Source: an uncultured Verrucomicrobiales bacterium (GTDB taxonomy: Bacteria > Verrucomicrobiota > Verrucomicrobiia > Verrucomicrobiales > DEV007). From it: 64,000 bases of DNA. Below the pieces are notes generated by a model that saw only the letters and a list, made by a program, of their open reading frames with translations, did not search any database and had not been told where the DNA came from. The position numbers and the translations under genes are program-made. Of the stretch, positions 46,174 to 55,716 are shown piece after piece (positions within the stretch are counted from its first letter, which is position 1; every line of letters starts with the position of its first letter). The stretch is from positions 699 through 64,698 of the forward strand of contig CALLLI010000016.1 of the NCBI GenBank assembly GCA_938082635.1, given 5' to 3'.

Positions 46174-47190
46174 CTATGTCACGGTATCGAAATTTTTAAT
46201 AAAGCGATAGAACAAACGTTGACGGGGTGATGGGGCACCGGAGTCTAGATACGCTCTAGCGCCCGTGCGACCGGGATAGAAGGTCTCGATCGTTGTCCAG
46301 TTTGCATCGCCTAACAGTGTAGAGCGTTGGCTGTCATACGTGATGGCGGGTTCCGTTGCCCAAATGACTGTGACTTGGGTAGGGCTATCACGGATGGCCA
46401 TGGGCTCCAGCGGATCGGGGGTATCGACCGTGAGGACCAGCTCCGCGCCACCTGGATTGAAGGTTCCCGTAGCAAGCCGGAAGACCACATAGTATCCGTT
46501 GAGATACTTGCCCAAGAGGTAGTAGCGGAGAATGGGGGTGAAATCTGTCGTGATGAAATCGGATTGATTACTTGGCGGTGATGACAGGATGTCTAAGGTA
46601 AGAGACGCGGCACCCGGATTGGTATCCGTGACCCAGATCTCGACAGAAGGTACCTTGTCCGCAGTGGCGATCCCTCCCAAACGCTGTGCATAGCCGAGTC
46701 CGTCAAACACGATGCGCTCGTTGAATTGATAGACAACCACGTGAGGGCCTGCACCTATGCCACCCCACTGAGCACCATAACTGAAACTGTTATCGAGGTC
46801 AGCCGGTTTCGGATTCTCGTCATAGAGGTTCTCGGGAACATAGCCTCCCACTGCATTTGAGCTGCTGGTGGAAGCGACGGGATCTTCAAGGATGAAGAGA
46901 TTCTCCTTCGGTCCATACGTGTTGGAGGCCGGTGTTAGGGTTGGCCCTTCTGGATCGATCTCAGCTGGATCGCCGCTCAAATGTTCCGTACCCGTACCCG
47001 CACCCGTCAACACGACGCCTTGATTCGAGATGGTGGAGTCGCCTAACGGCACGGTGGCTTCCACGGTCGTCTTGTAAATGACCTTCACGGTCTTGCCTGA
47101 GGGGAGATCGCCAAGAATAGCCGAGACTGTCTGCGCGTAGCTCACGCCGGTGGCTGCAAGCGTTAGGAAAAGTGTTAACATTCGATTCAT
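46174..47190 (-). CDS. Secreted protein: DUF11-like N-terminal beta domain, discoidin (F5/8 type C)-like domain, shared C-terminal module
   Basis: Signal peptide MNRMLTLFLTLAATGVSYA. Central region NLYDENPKPADLDNSFSYGAQWGGIGAGPHVVVYQFNERIVFDGLGYAQR...VEIWVTD is discoidin-like. The tail is VTVIWATEPAITYDSQRSTLLGDANWTTI...RLFYRFIKN. Confidence 0.6.
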   Translation of the reverse strand: MNRMLTLFLTLAATGVSYAQTVSAILGDLPSGKTVKVIYKTTVEATVPLGDSTISNQGVVLTGAGTGTEHLSGDPAEIDPEGPTLTPASNTYGPKENLFILEDPVASTSSSNAVGGYVPENLYDENPKPADLDNSFSYGAQWGGIGAGPHVVVYQFNERIVFDGLGYAQRLGGIATADKVPSVEIWVTDTNPGAASLTLDILSSPPSNQSDFITTDFTPILRYYLLGKYLNGYYVVFRLATGTFNPGGAELVLTVDTPDPLEPMAIRDSPTQVTVIWATEPAITYDSQRSTLLGDANWTTIETFYPGRTGARAYLDSGAPSPRQRLFYRFIKNFDTVT

Positions 47191-47207
47191 CGCAACAATT
47201 GGTAACG

Positions 47208-47510
47208 TTAGGCAAAGACAGCCTCGAGTTCGAGCTTTCCATCCTGAAGGCTAATGGGAACGAGGAAGACAGAAAGGGTGTCTAGTGCCGCATGCTCCAC
47301 ATCATAGGTGCCTTGGGTGAGATCGGAAGCCTCTGCATGGATAATCAGCGAGAATGGCTTTCGACCAGACGTCATGATTGTGGAAATGTCTGAGACGGAA
47401 ATGAGCTTTCCAGTGACCGATCGATCACCCGTCTTGAGTTCGAGCAAGGTATCGACGTGCGGCGTAAAGGTGCTGCTTTCCACGGTCGAAAGATCAAGTG
47501 AAGTGGTCAT
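47208..47510 (-). CDS. Small conserved hypothetical protein (resembles the family I recall as DUF6916)
   Basis: The pattern FTPHVDTLLEL...RKPFSLIIHAEASDLTQGTYDVEHAALDTLSVFLVPISLQDGKLELEAVFA matches the remembered layout F-x-pFSLlF...QGtY-x-x-H...lFLVPi...YEAvF. It lies 17 nt upstream of 46174-47190. Confidence 0.55.
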   Translation of the reverse strand: MTTSLDLSTVESSTFTPHVDTLLELKTGDRSVTGKLISVSDISTIMTSGRKPFSLIIHAEASDLTQGTYDVEHAALDTLSVFLVPISLQDGKLELEAVFA

Positions 47511-47511
47511 G

Positions 47512-47607
47512 TTAGTTTAGAATTACCTCAAGGTAGCATTTGCCGTCTTTGACATCGATCGGCACGAGGAAGAGCGCGTGCGCGTCAAGGGCAGCGCTAG
47601 CAATCAT
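47512..47607 (-). pseudogene. Truncated tandem paralog of the 47208-47510 gene (31 codons)
   Basis: MIASAALDAHALFLVPIDVKDGKCYLEVILN aligns with the C-terminal VEHAALDTLSVFLVPISLQDGKLELEAVFA of the neighbour. Its TAA ends 1 nt before the neighbour's ATG. Confidence 0.35.
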
Positions 47608-47759
47608 CTTACTCCCTATAAGAGCTTCGTTACTCGTGCCACGACTAGGAGACCGTCCACAGTAATTCGATCAATGTCTCCGTATCGCTATGCTAGGTCG
47701 AAAGCTACGGCGCCGTCGATTTCTTGATCAGCCCTGAAGCCCGGCCGGGTGAGGGGACT

Positions 47760-50700
47760 TTAAGGAGCTTGGGTGAACTGGAGGTAAGCAAAAAGATCTT
47801 GGAGCTGGGTTTCAGTAAGGGTTTCTAGGAGCCCTTCCGGCATGAGAGAGGTGGCGGCGTTCTCTTTTTTAAGGATGTCGCGTGTGGCTAGGTTGGTGAT
47901 TTGGCCAGTGAGGTCTTGGAGCGTGAGCTGGGTGTCTGTGAGGGCGCGGACGAAGCCGGATACAATTGTGGGTTCGGCGTTCTCGTCGGCGGGACGGAGG
48001 GTGATGGTGGTAAGTTCGTATTCTTCGCGTACCCCGAGGTTGGGGTCGATGATGGCGGTGACGAGAAATTCACGATTGCTCCGGTCGTAGCCGGTGAGGT
48101 CGGGACCAATGTGTGCACCTTGATCGAAGAGTTGGTGACAGGCCGCGCAGATTTGGCTGAAGACGGTGGCTCCTGCTTTGGCGTCGCCTTTGCCTTCGTG
48201 TTCCTTAAGATGCGCTAGGGTGGCTTGGATCTTGGTTTGTTTGGCAGAGCTCGGCTCAGGCTTGGTGGTGAGTTTCTCCAGCCGCTGAATGAGTGTGGGA
48301 TTGCCGTGGCTCTTGATGACCAGTATCTGGTCGATGGTGAGATCCTGAATAGCAATAGTGTCGGCTTCGAGTGCTTTAAGGAGTTGAGCAGCCCAGGAGG
48401 GACGGCCTGAGAGTACGGTGAGGATACTGGGAAGCAGGGCGGGGGACGTGATCTTTAGAAGACGTTGCGGAATGGTGGGGTCTTGGGTGCGCTGAAGGGC
48501 GTGGATCGCGGTGCGCTGCACTTCGGGGTCGGGCTCTTTCTCTGCTAGCGCGAGAAGGATTTCTGTTAGCTTTTGGGTAGGGGATTCAGCCAGGGCTTTG
48601 ATGAGGTCGAGACGGCCTTTGCCACGACTTTGTATACGGGTGAGTGCGGTTTCTCGGGCACCCGCACTTTGGAGGCGAAGTCCGAAGAGGAGGGTGTCCA
48701 AGCTTTGCGGATTCTGAGAGGATACCCTAACGAGAGAGCGGTCGAGAGCAGACGGGATGGTCGTGAGGGTGATGCCTTGGAGCCCGGCGTCGATGCCCTG
48801 GATGAGCGCAGACGTGATGGTGTTAGGAGCCGTTTCCAGGAGCTGAGCGAGGCGGGTGAGATTGGCCTCGGATGGGTCCGAGGCGAGGCGACGCGCGAGG
48901 AGCGAAGCGAGTTTGGTTTCGAAGATTGGCGTCTGCCAGAGTGGGGTTTCGGCAAGCCAGCTGAGGACGGCGTCTGGAGCTTTGCCTACATGGGTCTCAA
49001 GAGCCCACCAGAGCTGAGATGGGATGTAGGGATCGCTGGTAAACTGTTCTTTGAGAAGGACTTGCGCGAGGAGTGGGAGAGCTTGATCAGTGGGGAAACG
49101 CTGAAGCGAGGCGGCGAGTTGGGAAATGAGTTCAGGCTCCGTGGATCGAGCGAGGCTGTGGACGATTTCGTAGAGCGAGGGGGAGAGCGGGAGCTTGCTG
49201 TCTGCTAGGAGGCGGATGGTCCAGAGACGGACGTGAACATCGTCGTGTTGGAGCGCAACCAGGGCGGTGAGTTCGTCGAGAGCTCCCAATTGGTGGATGG
49301 TCCAGAGTCGTTCAAGGGTTAGGGTTTCTTTTAGGTTTGAGAGAGCGCTTGGATCCTGGCGTTCTACTAATAGACGTCTTGCTGTCCAACGGTGCCATTG
49401 GTTGGGGTGTTCGAGATAGGCGACGAGCGCGGGAATGGTGGCCTCCTTAAGATTGAGGTGAGGATGGGACTTGCCTTCACGATGGCGGAGACGGTAGATC
49501 CGTCCGTGGTCGCGGTCCCAGTTGTCTCGCGGGTCGACGTGCGTGATGCGGGCGTCGTAGAAGTCAGCGACGTAGAGAGCCCCGTCGGGTCCTGTAGTGG
49601 CGTGGACGGGACGGAACCAGACGTCTTCCGTAGTGATGGCAGCGGGCAGGACGGTGCTACGAAAAGTGCTTCCATCCGGCTTAACAGCGAGGACAGCGAG
49701 TTCGTTTGCGAGGCAATTGACCCCGAAGAAATGGCCTTCATGACCGGGGAAAGCGCCGCCGGCGTAGGGGACCCATTGGTTCACGAGACGCGGTTGTTTG
49801 CCCTCGATGGGGATGCCGTAAAAGTAATCGAAGGCATGAGGGTTTGTGTGAGGGCCGTGTTTGCCGAAGCCTTTCTGGTAGAAGCCGCCTTGGACAAAGT
49901 AGACGGCTTGCATGCCGCCATTGGTCCCAGAATAGAGTCGGCCTTGCAGATCGAAGTCGACACCGAAGGTGTTCCAACCGCCTTCGGCAAAGAGTTCGAA
50001 GGCGTGGGTGGGTGGATGATAGCGCCAGATATTCTGACCGAAGAAGGCGAGGGGATCATCCTCCGGTTTGGTGGTGACGCGGACACGCGCAGTGACGGTG
50101 CTCCCAGTGCATCCGTAGAGCCAGCCATCAGGTCCCCATTTCAGCGAGTTAGCAACGGAGTGAGTGTCTTCCAAACCGAAACCTGACAGGTGCACTTCTG
50201 GTGCTTCGTCAGGAATGTCGTCCTGATTCTCATCAGGGAAGAAGAGGAGGTAGGGCGGGTTCATGACCCAGACGCCACCGTCTCCTTGGCAGGTGGAGGT
50301 GACGATGTTCAAGCCGTCGGCGAAGACTTTGTGGGAATCAAAAGTGCCATCGGCGTTCGTGTCTTCATGGATCGAGATACGATCGCTGCCAACGAATTTC
50401 TGGTGCTCGGGCTTCTCGTACGGTGGCGGAGGCGGGACGGCATCGAAGATGGATCGGAGATGATTGTCCCAGGTAAGCACCTGAAGGCCAGCGGGTTGTG
50501 GATACTGAATATATTCGGTGACCCAAAGGCGCCCGCGCTCGTCGAACTCTGTGTAGAGGGGCTGCGTGATCGTGGGTTCCGTGAGGACGGTCTCGATGAT
50601 GAAGTCCTGGCCGGGCTTGAGAGCGGCCAGGGCCACTTCGGGTGAGAGGGGATCGCCTTTACCTTCGATGTTAGAATGGACATTGTTGTTTCCTTCGAAG

Positions 50701-51296
50701 CGTTTCCGGACAAGTGCCATGTCTCGGTCGCGACCTTCGGTGTCGGCAGGAACGATGCCTAGATGGCCGGCCGGTTGCTCCGCTTGGCGTTTCTGATAGA
50801 TCATGGCCCGATCTTCTGGCCATTGGGCGTGTTCTTTTTGATCGCCTTTGATGAAATCCCAGGTGCCGCAGAGATCGATGGCGTCGTTTAAGCGGCCTAA
50901 CTGAATGGGCCCTTTGAGCAAGCCGCCTTCACCGCCGTGATCGTAGACTCGAAAGGCGATAAGATTAAGTTCACCAAAGCGAATCATGTCCGGATCGATG
51001 ACCGCGGGGCGTCGCACATCGCTAGAGGGCTTGGCAAAAAGGGGCGGCATGCCGCCGTTGGCCCCGACCTTTGCGCCATTGAAATAGACTTCGTCGACAT
51101 CATCGACAGCAGTGACACTGAGAAGAAGGCGGCTTCCGCGCCAAGATTTAGGGATCTCGACAGCGCAGCGGTACCAAGCAAAACCGTCGTAGTCACCTAC
51201 CTGAGATTCCCAGTCACCAGGGACTTGGATGAGCTGCCAGTCTTGGGCGTTAAGCGTGACCGTGGTTATTAGAAAGAAAGCGAAGAAGCGATGCAC
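47760..51296 (-). CDS. PVC-type heme-binding CxxCH protein: galactose-binding-like N-domain, membrane-bound-dehydrogenase-type beta-propeller, HEAT-like repeats, C-terminal cytochrome c
   Basis: GTG start with signal peptide MHRFFAFFLITTVTLNA. GH2-N-like DGFAWYRCAVEIPKSWRGSRLLLSVTAVDDVDEVYFNG. Long helical repeat region. Heme motif CAACHQLFDQGAHIGPDLTGY. Confidence 0.85.
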   Translation of the reverse strand: MHRFFAFFLITTVTLNAQDWQLIQVPGDWESQVGDYDGFAWYRCAVEIPKSWRGSRLLLSVTAVDDVDEVYFNGAKVGANGGMPPLFAKPSSDVRRPAVIDPDMIRFGELNLIAFRVYDHGGEGGLLKGPIQLGRLNDAIDLCGTWDFIKGDQKEHAQWPEDRAMIYQKRQAEQPAGHLGIVPADTEGRDRDMALVRKRFEGNNNVHSNIEGKGDPLSPEVALAALKPGQDFIIETVLTEPTITQPLYTEFDERGRLWVTEYIQYPQPAGLQVLTWDNHLRSIFDAVPPPPPYEKPEHQKFVGSDRISIHEDTNADGTFDSHKVFADGLNIVTSTCQGDGGVWVMNPPYLLFFPDENQDDIPDEAPEVHLSGFGLEDTHSVANSLKWGPDGWLYGCTGSTVTARVRVTTKPEDDPLAFFGQNIWRYHPPTHAFELFAEGGWNTFGVDFDLQGRLYSGTNGGMQAVYFVQGGFYQKGFGKHGPHTNPHAFDYFYGIPIEGKQPRLVNQWVPYAGGAFPGHEGHFFGVNCLANELAVLAVKPDGSTFRSTVLPAAITTEDVWFRPVHATTGPDGALYVADFYDARITHVDPRDNWDRDHGRIYRLRHREGKSHPHLNLKEATIPALVAYLEHPNQWHRWTARRLLVERQDPSALSNLKETLTLERLWTIHQLGALDELTALVALQHDDVHVRLWTIRLLADSKLPLSPSLYEIVHSLARSTEPELISQLAASLQRFPTDQALPLLAQVLLKEQFTSDPYIPSQLWWALETHVGKAPDAVLSWLAETPLWQTPIFETKLASLLARRLASDPSEANLTRLAQLLETAPNTITSALIQGIDAGLQGITLTTIPSALDRSLVRVSSQNPQSLDTLLFGLRLQSAGARETALTRIQSRGKGRLDLIKALAESPTQKLTEILLALAEKEPDPEVQRTAIHALQRTQDPTIPQRLLKITSPALLPSILTVLSGRPSWAAQLLKALEADTIAIQDLTIDQILVIKSHGNPTLIQRLEKLTTKPEPSSAKQTKIQATLAHLKEHEGKGDAKAGATVFSQICAACHQLFDQGAHIGPDLTGYDRSNREFLVTAIIDPNLGVREEYELTTITLRPADENAEPTIVSGFVRALTDTQLTLQDLTGQITNLATRDILKKENAATSLMPEGLLETLTETQLQDLFAYLQFTQAP

Positions 51297-51616
51297 AACA
51301 CAGAGTATGCGAATCCATGAACCGGCGTCCAGAAGCGTGGATGACTATTCTAAGAAAGAACAGTCTAGATGATTTCAACGACAGAACACACGGAACGAAT
51401 CAGTTCTAGGGTTCTAGTTAGAACACCCAAATGAGGATGCCAAGGATGAGAAAGACGGTGATTCATGGCAGACACATCAGCCGTCTCTAACTCGGTGATG
51501 GGATCAGTAGCTGCAGCTACCGCCTAATCTTGGCCATCTGGAACGAGAAGATTCGCCTCGCCAGGGAACTTCCGAGTTCGTCCACCAGGTGAGCACCATG
51601 GCCTCCAGTGCTTCCG

Positions 51617-51973
51617 TCACATCAACCCGATCCAACCAGAATTCAGAACGAGTCCACCAACTGACTGGCTCACCTCACTGCCGTTTTGAAACGGCTCAAA
51701 GTGGAAAGGATCATGAAAGACAGGCCGTTCAGCGAGCCATATAAGAATTCTGAAAGTCGCCGCCTCATCAGCAGTTAGGTAGACTTGATAGGTAGGCAGT
51801 AAGATGCTGAGCCCATCTTCCACACCAAACCCTCTCCATCCATAACCTCTTCCAGGGAAACCTGTCTGTCGACCGTCGAGAGCCCGACACCAGCCATCAA
51901 CACAGCCAAAGACCATCGCTCGATCAGCATAGGAGCAGTCAATAATCTGCGCCCATGCCACTGTAACTGGCAA
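51617..51973 (-). CDS. Hypothetical protein (weak; TTG start; W/G-rich)
   Basis: A track ORF in an otherwise empty, more AT-rich spacer. No motif recognised. It may be spurious or a gene remnant. Confidence 0.2.
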   Translation of the reverse strand: MPVTVAWAQIIDCSYADRAMVFGCVDGWCRALDGRQTGFPGRGYGWRGFGVEDGLSILLPTYQVYLTADEAATFRILIWLAERPVFHDPFHFEPFQNGSEVSQSVGGLVLNSGWIGLM

Positions 51974-52117
51974 CTATCGAAAGTGGCCTTTGTAAGAAAT
52001 AGACCAATCAAGATCCTGCTGGAGCAGTGACTTGCAGGACCGTTTTGAATCGGTGTCGGGGACTCTCAGCGAACGACTTCGGCTGGACTTTCGGTGGGTC
52101 CTTGGGAGAATGACGAC

Positions 52118-53002
52118 ATGCGATGGAAGAATGCTCGTCAAAGCCAAAACATCGATGATCGGCGTAGGAAACGCAGTGGTAAGGCCATGGGAGGCGGTAT
52201 CGGTGCAATCATCATGGCGCTCATTGCGATCTTTGTTTTTGAGAAGGATCCCGCAATGGTCATGCAAGAAGCCATGTCTGCGAGGAGCGGTAGTGCCCAG
52301 CAGGCTGCGGATTATGTGCCGACCCCGGAGGAAGAGGAGTTGGCAGCCTTCACCAGCGTAGTTCTTGCATTCACAGAAGATGTTTGGAAAAACATCTACC
52401 CACAGATGACCCGGAAGTATCAGGGAGCCATAAAGAATTACGAGGAGCCCGTTCTCGTGCTCTTCTCTGGTGTGACACAGACGGCCTGCGGCACGGGCCA
52501 AGCGGGCATGGGTCCCTTCTATTGCCCTGGGGACAACCAAGTTTACATTGATCTAAATTTCTTCACTGAGCTAGAACAAAAATTTGATGCGCCGGGTGAC
52601 TTTGCACAGGCTTACGTGATCGCGCATGAGGTTGGGCACCACATTCAAAACTTGTTAGGCATCTCGAACCAGGTGCAGTCCCGTCGGCAACAGCTCTCTA
52701 AAGAGCAAGGCAATCGCCTATCAGTGAAACTTGAGTTGCAGGCCGATTACTTGGCTGGGGTGTGGGCCCATCATGCGCAGCGTGACTTTAATGTGCTTTA
52801 GCGTGGTGACATTGATGAAGGCATCCGAGCCGCGATGGCCGTGGGTGATGACACCATTCAGCGAAAGGCGACGGGCCAAGTGATCACAGAGAATTTCACC
52901 CACGGGAGCGCGGATCAGCGTGTTCGGTGGTTCACGATGGGGCTGAAATCAGGCGATCCAATCGCCCATTCGCCCTTCGAGGTCCCCGAAAACCAGTTAT
53001 AG
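52118..53002 (+). pseudogene. ypfJ: YpfJ-family neutral zinc metallopeptidase interrupted by one in-frame TAG (52799-52801)
   Basis: MRWKNARQSQNIDDRR N terminus, TM, and zinc motif YVIAHEVGHHIQN. After the TAG the same frame continues RGDIDEGIRAAMAVGDDTIQRKATGQVITENFTHGSADQRVRWF to TAG 53000-53002, which is the conserved YpfJ C terminus. Confidence 0.8.
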
Positions 53003-53014
53003 GAACGCGCTTCC

Positions 53015-53647
53015 ATGCATAGAAAGGTCGTTCCCGAGAAACTTGACGCACTGCCTGCCCATGCACCGGAAGCGGTGCGTTCTCGTCAAGATTTGGAACG
53101 CATCAATGCCCTGATGGGCAATCATGCCTGGGTGACCGGGATTTTAAGATACCGTCTGCCTGGGCAGGTGGTTGAGATCGGGGCAGGTGATGGGAAACTT
53201 GCTAATGCGCTAGTAGAGTTGGGTTGGAAAGTGACTGCAGTCGATCTCGCGCCGAAGCCATCGACCTGCGCGTCCGAAGTGAGTTGGTTGCGTTGCGATC
53301 TACGCGATGTGTTAGATGATGTGGAAGGGGATGTCCTTCTAGGCAGTCTCGTTTGGCATCATTTCAAGACTGCTGAACTCCAGGACTTTCGAAAGTTGGT
53401 CGATCGCTTTCATGGGTTCCTAGCGAGCGAACCCTGGCGCGTTCATCATGCACGTTTGTTAGCGCTGACCTTGGTTCCCTTTGTGAACGGCGTGACACGG
53501 CATGACATGTTTGTCAGTATCAGGGCGGGGTTTCAACGGGGCGAGTTGCCGGCGTGGCTCGAGCTTCCCGAGTCCCGCTGGGAAATTCAGGAAGCGGTTG
53601 CGCTGCTGGGCGCGTATCGTCTACAGGCATGGAAACGGCAGGCGTAA
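53015..53647 (+). CDS. Class I SAM-dependent methyltransferase
   Basis: Motif I VVEIGAGDGKLANAL followed by the acidic loop VTAVDLAP. First gene of the PKS cluster. Confidence 0.65.
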   Translation: MHRKVVPEKLDALPAHAPEAVRSRQDLERINALMGNHAWVTGILRYRLPGQVVEIGAGDGKLANALVELGWKVTAVDLAPKPSTCASEVSWLRCDLRDVLDDVEGDVLLGSLVWHHFKTAELQDFRKLVDRFHGFLASEPWRVHHARLLALTLVPFVNGVTRHDMFVSIRAGFQRGELPAWLELPESRWEIQEAVALLGAYRLQAWKRQA

Positions 53648-54660
53648 AACAGATCACGATTGCAGGGGGCGGCTTAGCCGGGCTCTCGCTGGGTTTGGGT
53701 CTGCGAAGAAGGGGCATCCCTGTGACCTTGCATGAGGCAGGGACCTATCCTCGGCATCGGGTGTGTGGCGAGTTTATCAGCGGGCTAGGGGAGGGAACGA
53801 TAGACACGCTGGGACTGGCAGAAATATTGGGCGGCGTTCTCCGGCACACTCGGACGACGTGGTTTGTCCGGCACCGGAAGGTGTTTCAAACCGCCTTGCC
53901 AGAGCCGGCTCTTGGGATCTCGCGGTTGCTTCTCGATCAACGATTGAGTGAGTCCTTTCGGCAATCGGGTGGTACATTGATTGAGCGATCACGGATTCAA
54001 GACAATGATACCGCGGGTCAAGTCTGGGCTGTCGGTCGGCAACGCAAGAAGGGGAGCACCTGGCTAGGACTGAAGGCGCACTTCATCAACATGCCGATGA
54101 CCGACGGATTAGAGATGCATTTAGGCAAGGGCATCTATGTGGGACTCACGCCTGTCGAAGACGGTCGTGTGAATGTGTGTGGGTTGATTCGTGATCCCTC
54201 CTCAACATCGGCCAAGGGCCCTGACATGTTTCTAGAACTCATCGAGAAGCACGGTCTCGGTCACTTGGCGGTCCGGTTGAGGAATCAGGAAGTCGACCCC
54301 GGATCGTTTCAAGGCGTGAATGCGCTCGGCTTTGGCCCCGTGTCCGTTCCGGATCCGGGTTGCCGGATTGGCGATGCTCACAGCTTAATTCCGCCGTTCA
54401 CAGGGCATGGCATGACGATGGCTTTCCAATCGGCCGAGAGCGTGTTGCCCCATCTCGAAGCGTATTCAAAGGGCACACTGGACTGGCCGACAGCCGTTTC
54501 CAAGTCTCGGCGATCCCTCTCACGTCGCTTCGATCGTCGGCTTCGGATGGCCTCTCGGCTGCATCCGTTCCTCACGGGGTCATTGGCTCAGACGGTCGTC
54601 GGTTTGGGCGGGCGACTCGGATGTTTGCCTTTCCAAACTCTCTATCGTGCCGTCCGGTAG
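53629..54660 (+). CDS. FAD-dependent oxidoreductase / monooxygenase (geranylgeranyl-reductase-like fold)
   Basis: ATG 53629 gives METAGVKQITIAGGGLAGLSLGLGLRRRG (GxGxxG). It overlaps the methyltransferase 3' end by 19 nt. The 5' extension of the track ORF has no support. Confidence 0.75.
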   Translation: METAGVKQITIAGGGLAGLSLGLGLRRRGIPVTLHEAGTYPRHRVCGEFISGLGEGTIDTLGLAEILGGVLRHTRTTWFVRHRKVFQTALPEPALGISRLLLDQRLSESFRQSGGTLIERSRIQDNDTAGQVWAVGRQRKKGSTWLGLKAHFINMPMTDGLEMHLGKGIYVGLTPVEDGRVNVCGLIRDPSSTSAKGPDMFLELIEKHGLGHLAVRLRNQEVDPGSFQGVNALGFGPVSVPDPGCRIGDAHSLIPPFTGHGMTMAFQSAESVLPHLEAYSKGTLDWPTAVSKSRRSLSRRFDRRLRMASRLHPFLTGSLAQTVVGLGGRLGCLPFQTLYRAVR

Positions 54661-54672
54661 CCCACTGGTTCT

Positions 54673-55716
54673 ATGTATTTGCGGTCCATTTCCAGCGCTT
54701 TCCCCGCGTCGTCGTTCACCCAACGCGAGTGTTGGGAGGCTCTAAAAACCCATGGACGCCAAGCCGGGTTGAAAGGCCGATCAATGGGTTTGCTAGAGAA
54801 GATTCTGCTAGGGGACTCAGGAATCGACCAGCGTCACTTTGCATTAGGCTCCCCTGAATCTATCTTTCAGCTCGATGCCCAACAGCTCAACGAGGCGTTT
54901 GAGATTCACGCGCCCGCGTTGGCCAGCGAAGCCTTGCAGGGCGCCTTGGATCAGGCGGATCTCTCTGCCAGGGATCTCGATGCGCTCTTTATCTGTTCCT
55001 GCACCGGCTACCTCTGCCCCGGTATTTCCAGTCATGTGGCTGAACGAGTCGGTCTGGGGAGCGGTGCCTATTTGCAGGATCTCGTGGGGCTAGGATGTGG
55101 CGCGGCGATTCCTACGATGCGCTCGGCCGATGGTTTTCTGCGAACCTTCGATCGTGAACTCCGTGTGGCCACGGTTTGTGTGGAAATCTGTTCGGCGTGT
55201 TTCTATATCGATGACGATCCGGGCGTGCTCATCAGCTTGTGTCTCTTCGGCGATGGTGCCAGCGCCTCGATCTGGACTAACCAGCCTTCCCCGGGTGCCT
55301 GGCAAGCCCACGGGTTCCAGACCCTTCATCGACCAGAAGACCGGGAGAAGATCCGATTCGTCAACGCAGGCGGCAAGCTTCGCAATCAGCTTGATCGCTC
55401 TGTGCCTCAGCTGGCGGCAGAAGCTGTGGGTGAACTCTTCGCGGAAACTACGGGGAATCCAGATGTGGTGCTGACCCACACTGGAGGACGAGATGTGCTC
55501 AATGCTCTTTCCCCCGTGCTCAAAGGGCATTCACTGCTCCATTCTGAGAAAATTTTACGTGATTATGGGAACGTAAGCAGTCCTTCAATCATGCTAGCTT
55601 TAGAAGCCCAGCTTTCACAAGGCTCTGAGGATGAACGTCTTTGGCTTACGAGCTTTGGCGCTGGCTTTGCCGCACATAGTTGTAACTTAACTAAACCCGC
55701 ATCTATCATTCGATGA
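54673..55716 (+). CDS. Type III polyketide synthase (chalcone/stilbene synthase superfamily)
   Basis: Catalytic Cys context LFICSCTGYLCPGIS. His context VLTHTGGRDVLNAL. Asn context YGNVSSPSIMLAL. 347 aa. Confidence 0.85.
   Translation: MYLRSISSAFPASSFTQRECWEALKTHGRQAGLKGRSMGLLEKILLGDSGIDQRHFALGSPESIFQLDAQQLNEAFEIHAPALASEALQGALDQADLSARDLDALFICSCTGYLCPGISSHVAERVGLGSGAYLQDLVGLGCGAAIPTMRSADGFLRTFDRELRVATVCVEICSACFYIDDDPGVLISLCLFGDGASASIWTNQPSPGAWQAHGFQTLHRPEDREKIRFVNAGGKLRNQLDRSVPQLAAEAVGELFAETTGNPDVVLTHTGGRDVLNALSPVLKGHSLLHSEKILRDYGNVSSPSIMLALEAQLSQGSEDERLWLTSFGAGFAAHSCNLTKPASIIR

Noticed and set aside
51411-51424. GTTCTA-GT-TAGAAC palindrome ~115 bp upstream of the heme-binding giant gene, next to a GTTCTAG direct repeat
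   Set aside because: It is short (6+6), single-copy and has no known cognate regulator. It is plausible as an operator but unsupported.
51974-52540. 188-aa minus-strand ORF
   Set aside because: It overlaps the ypfJ-like gene in antisense. The ypfJ frame carries the HExxH motif and the conserved N terminus.
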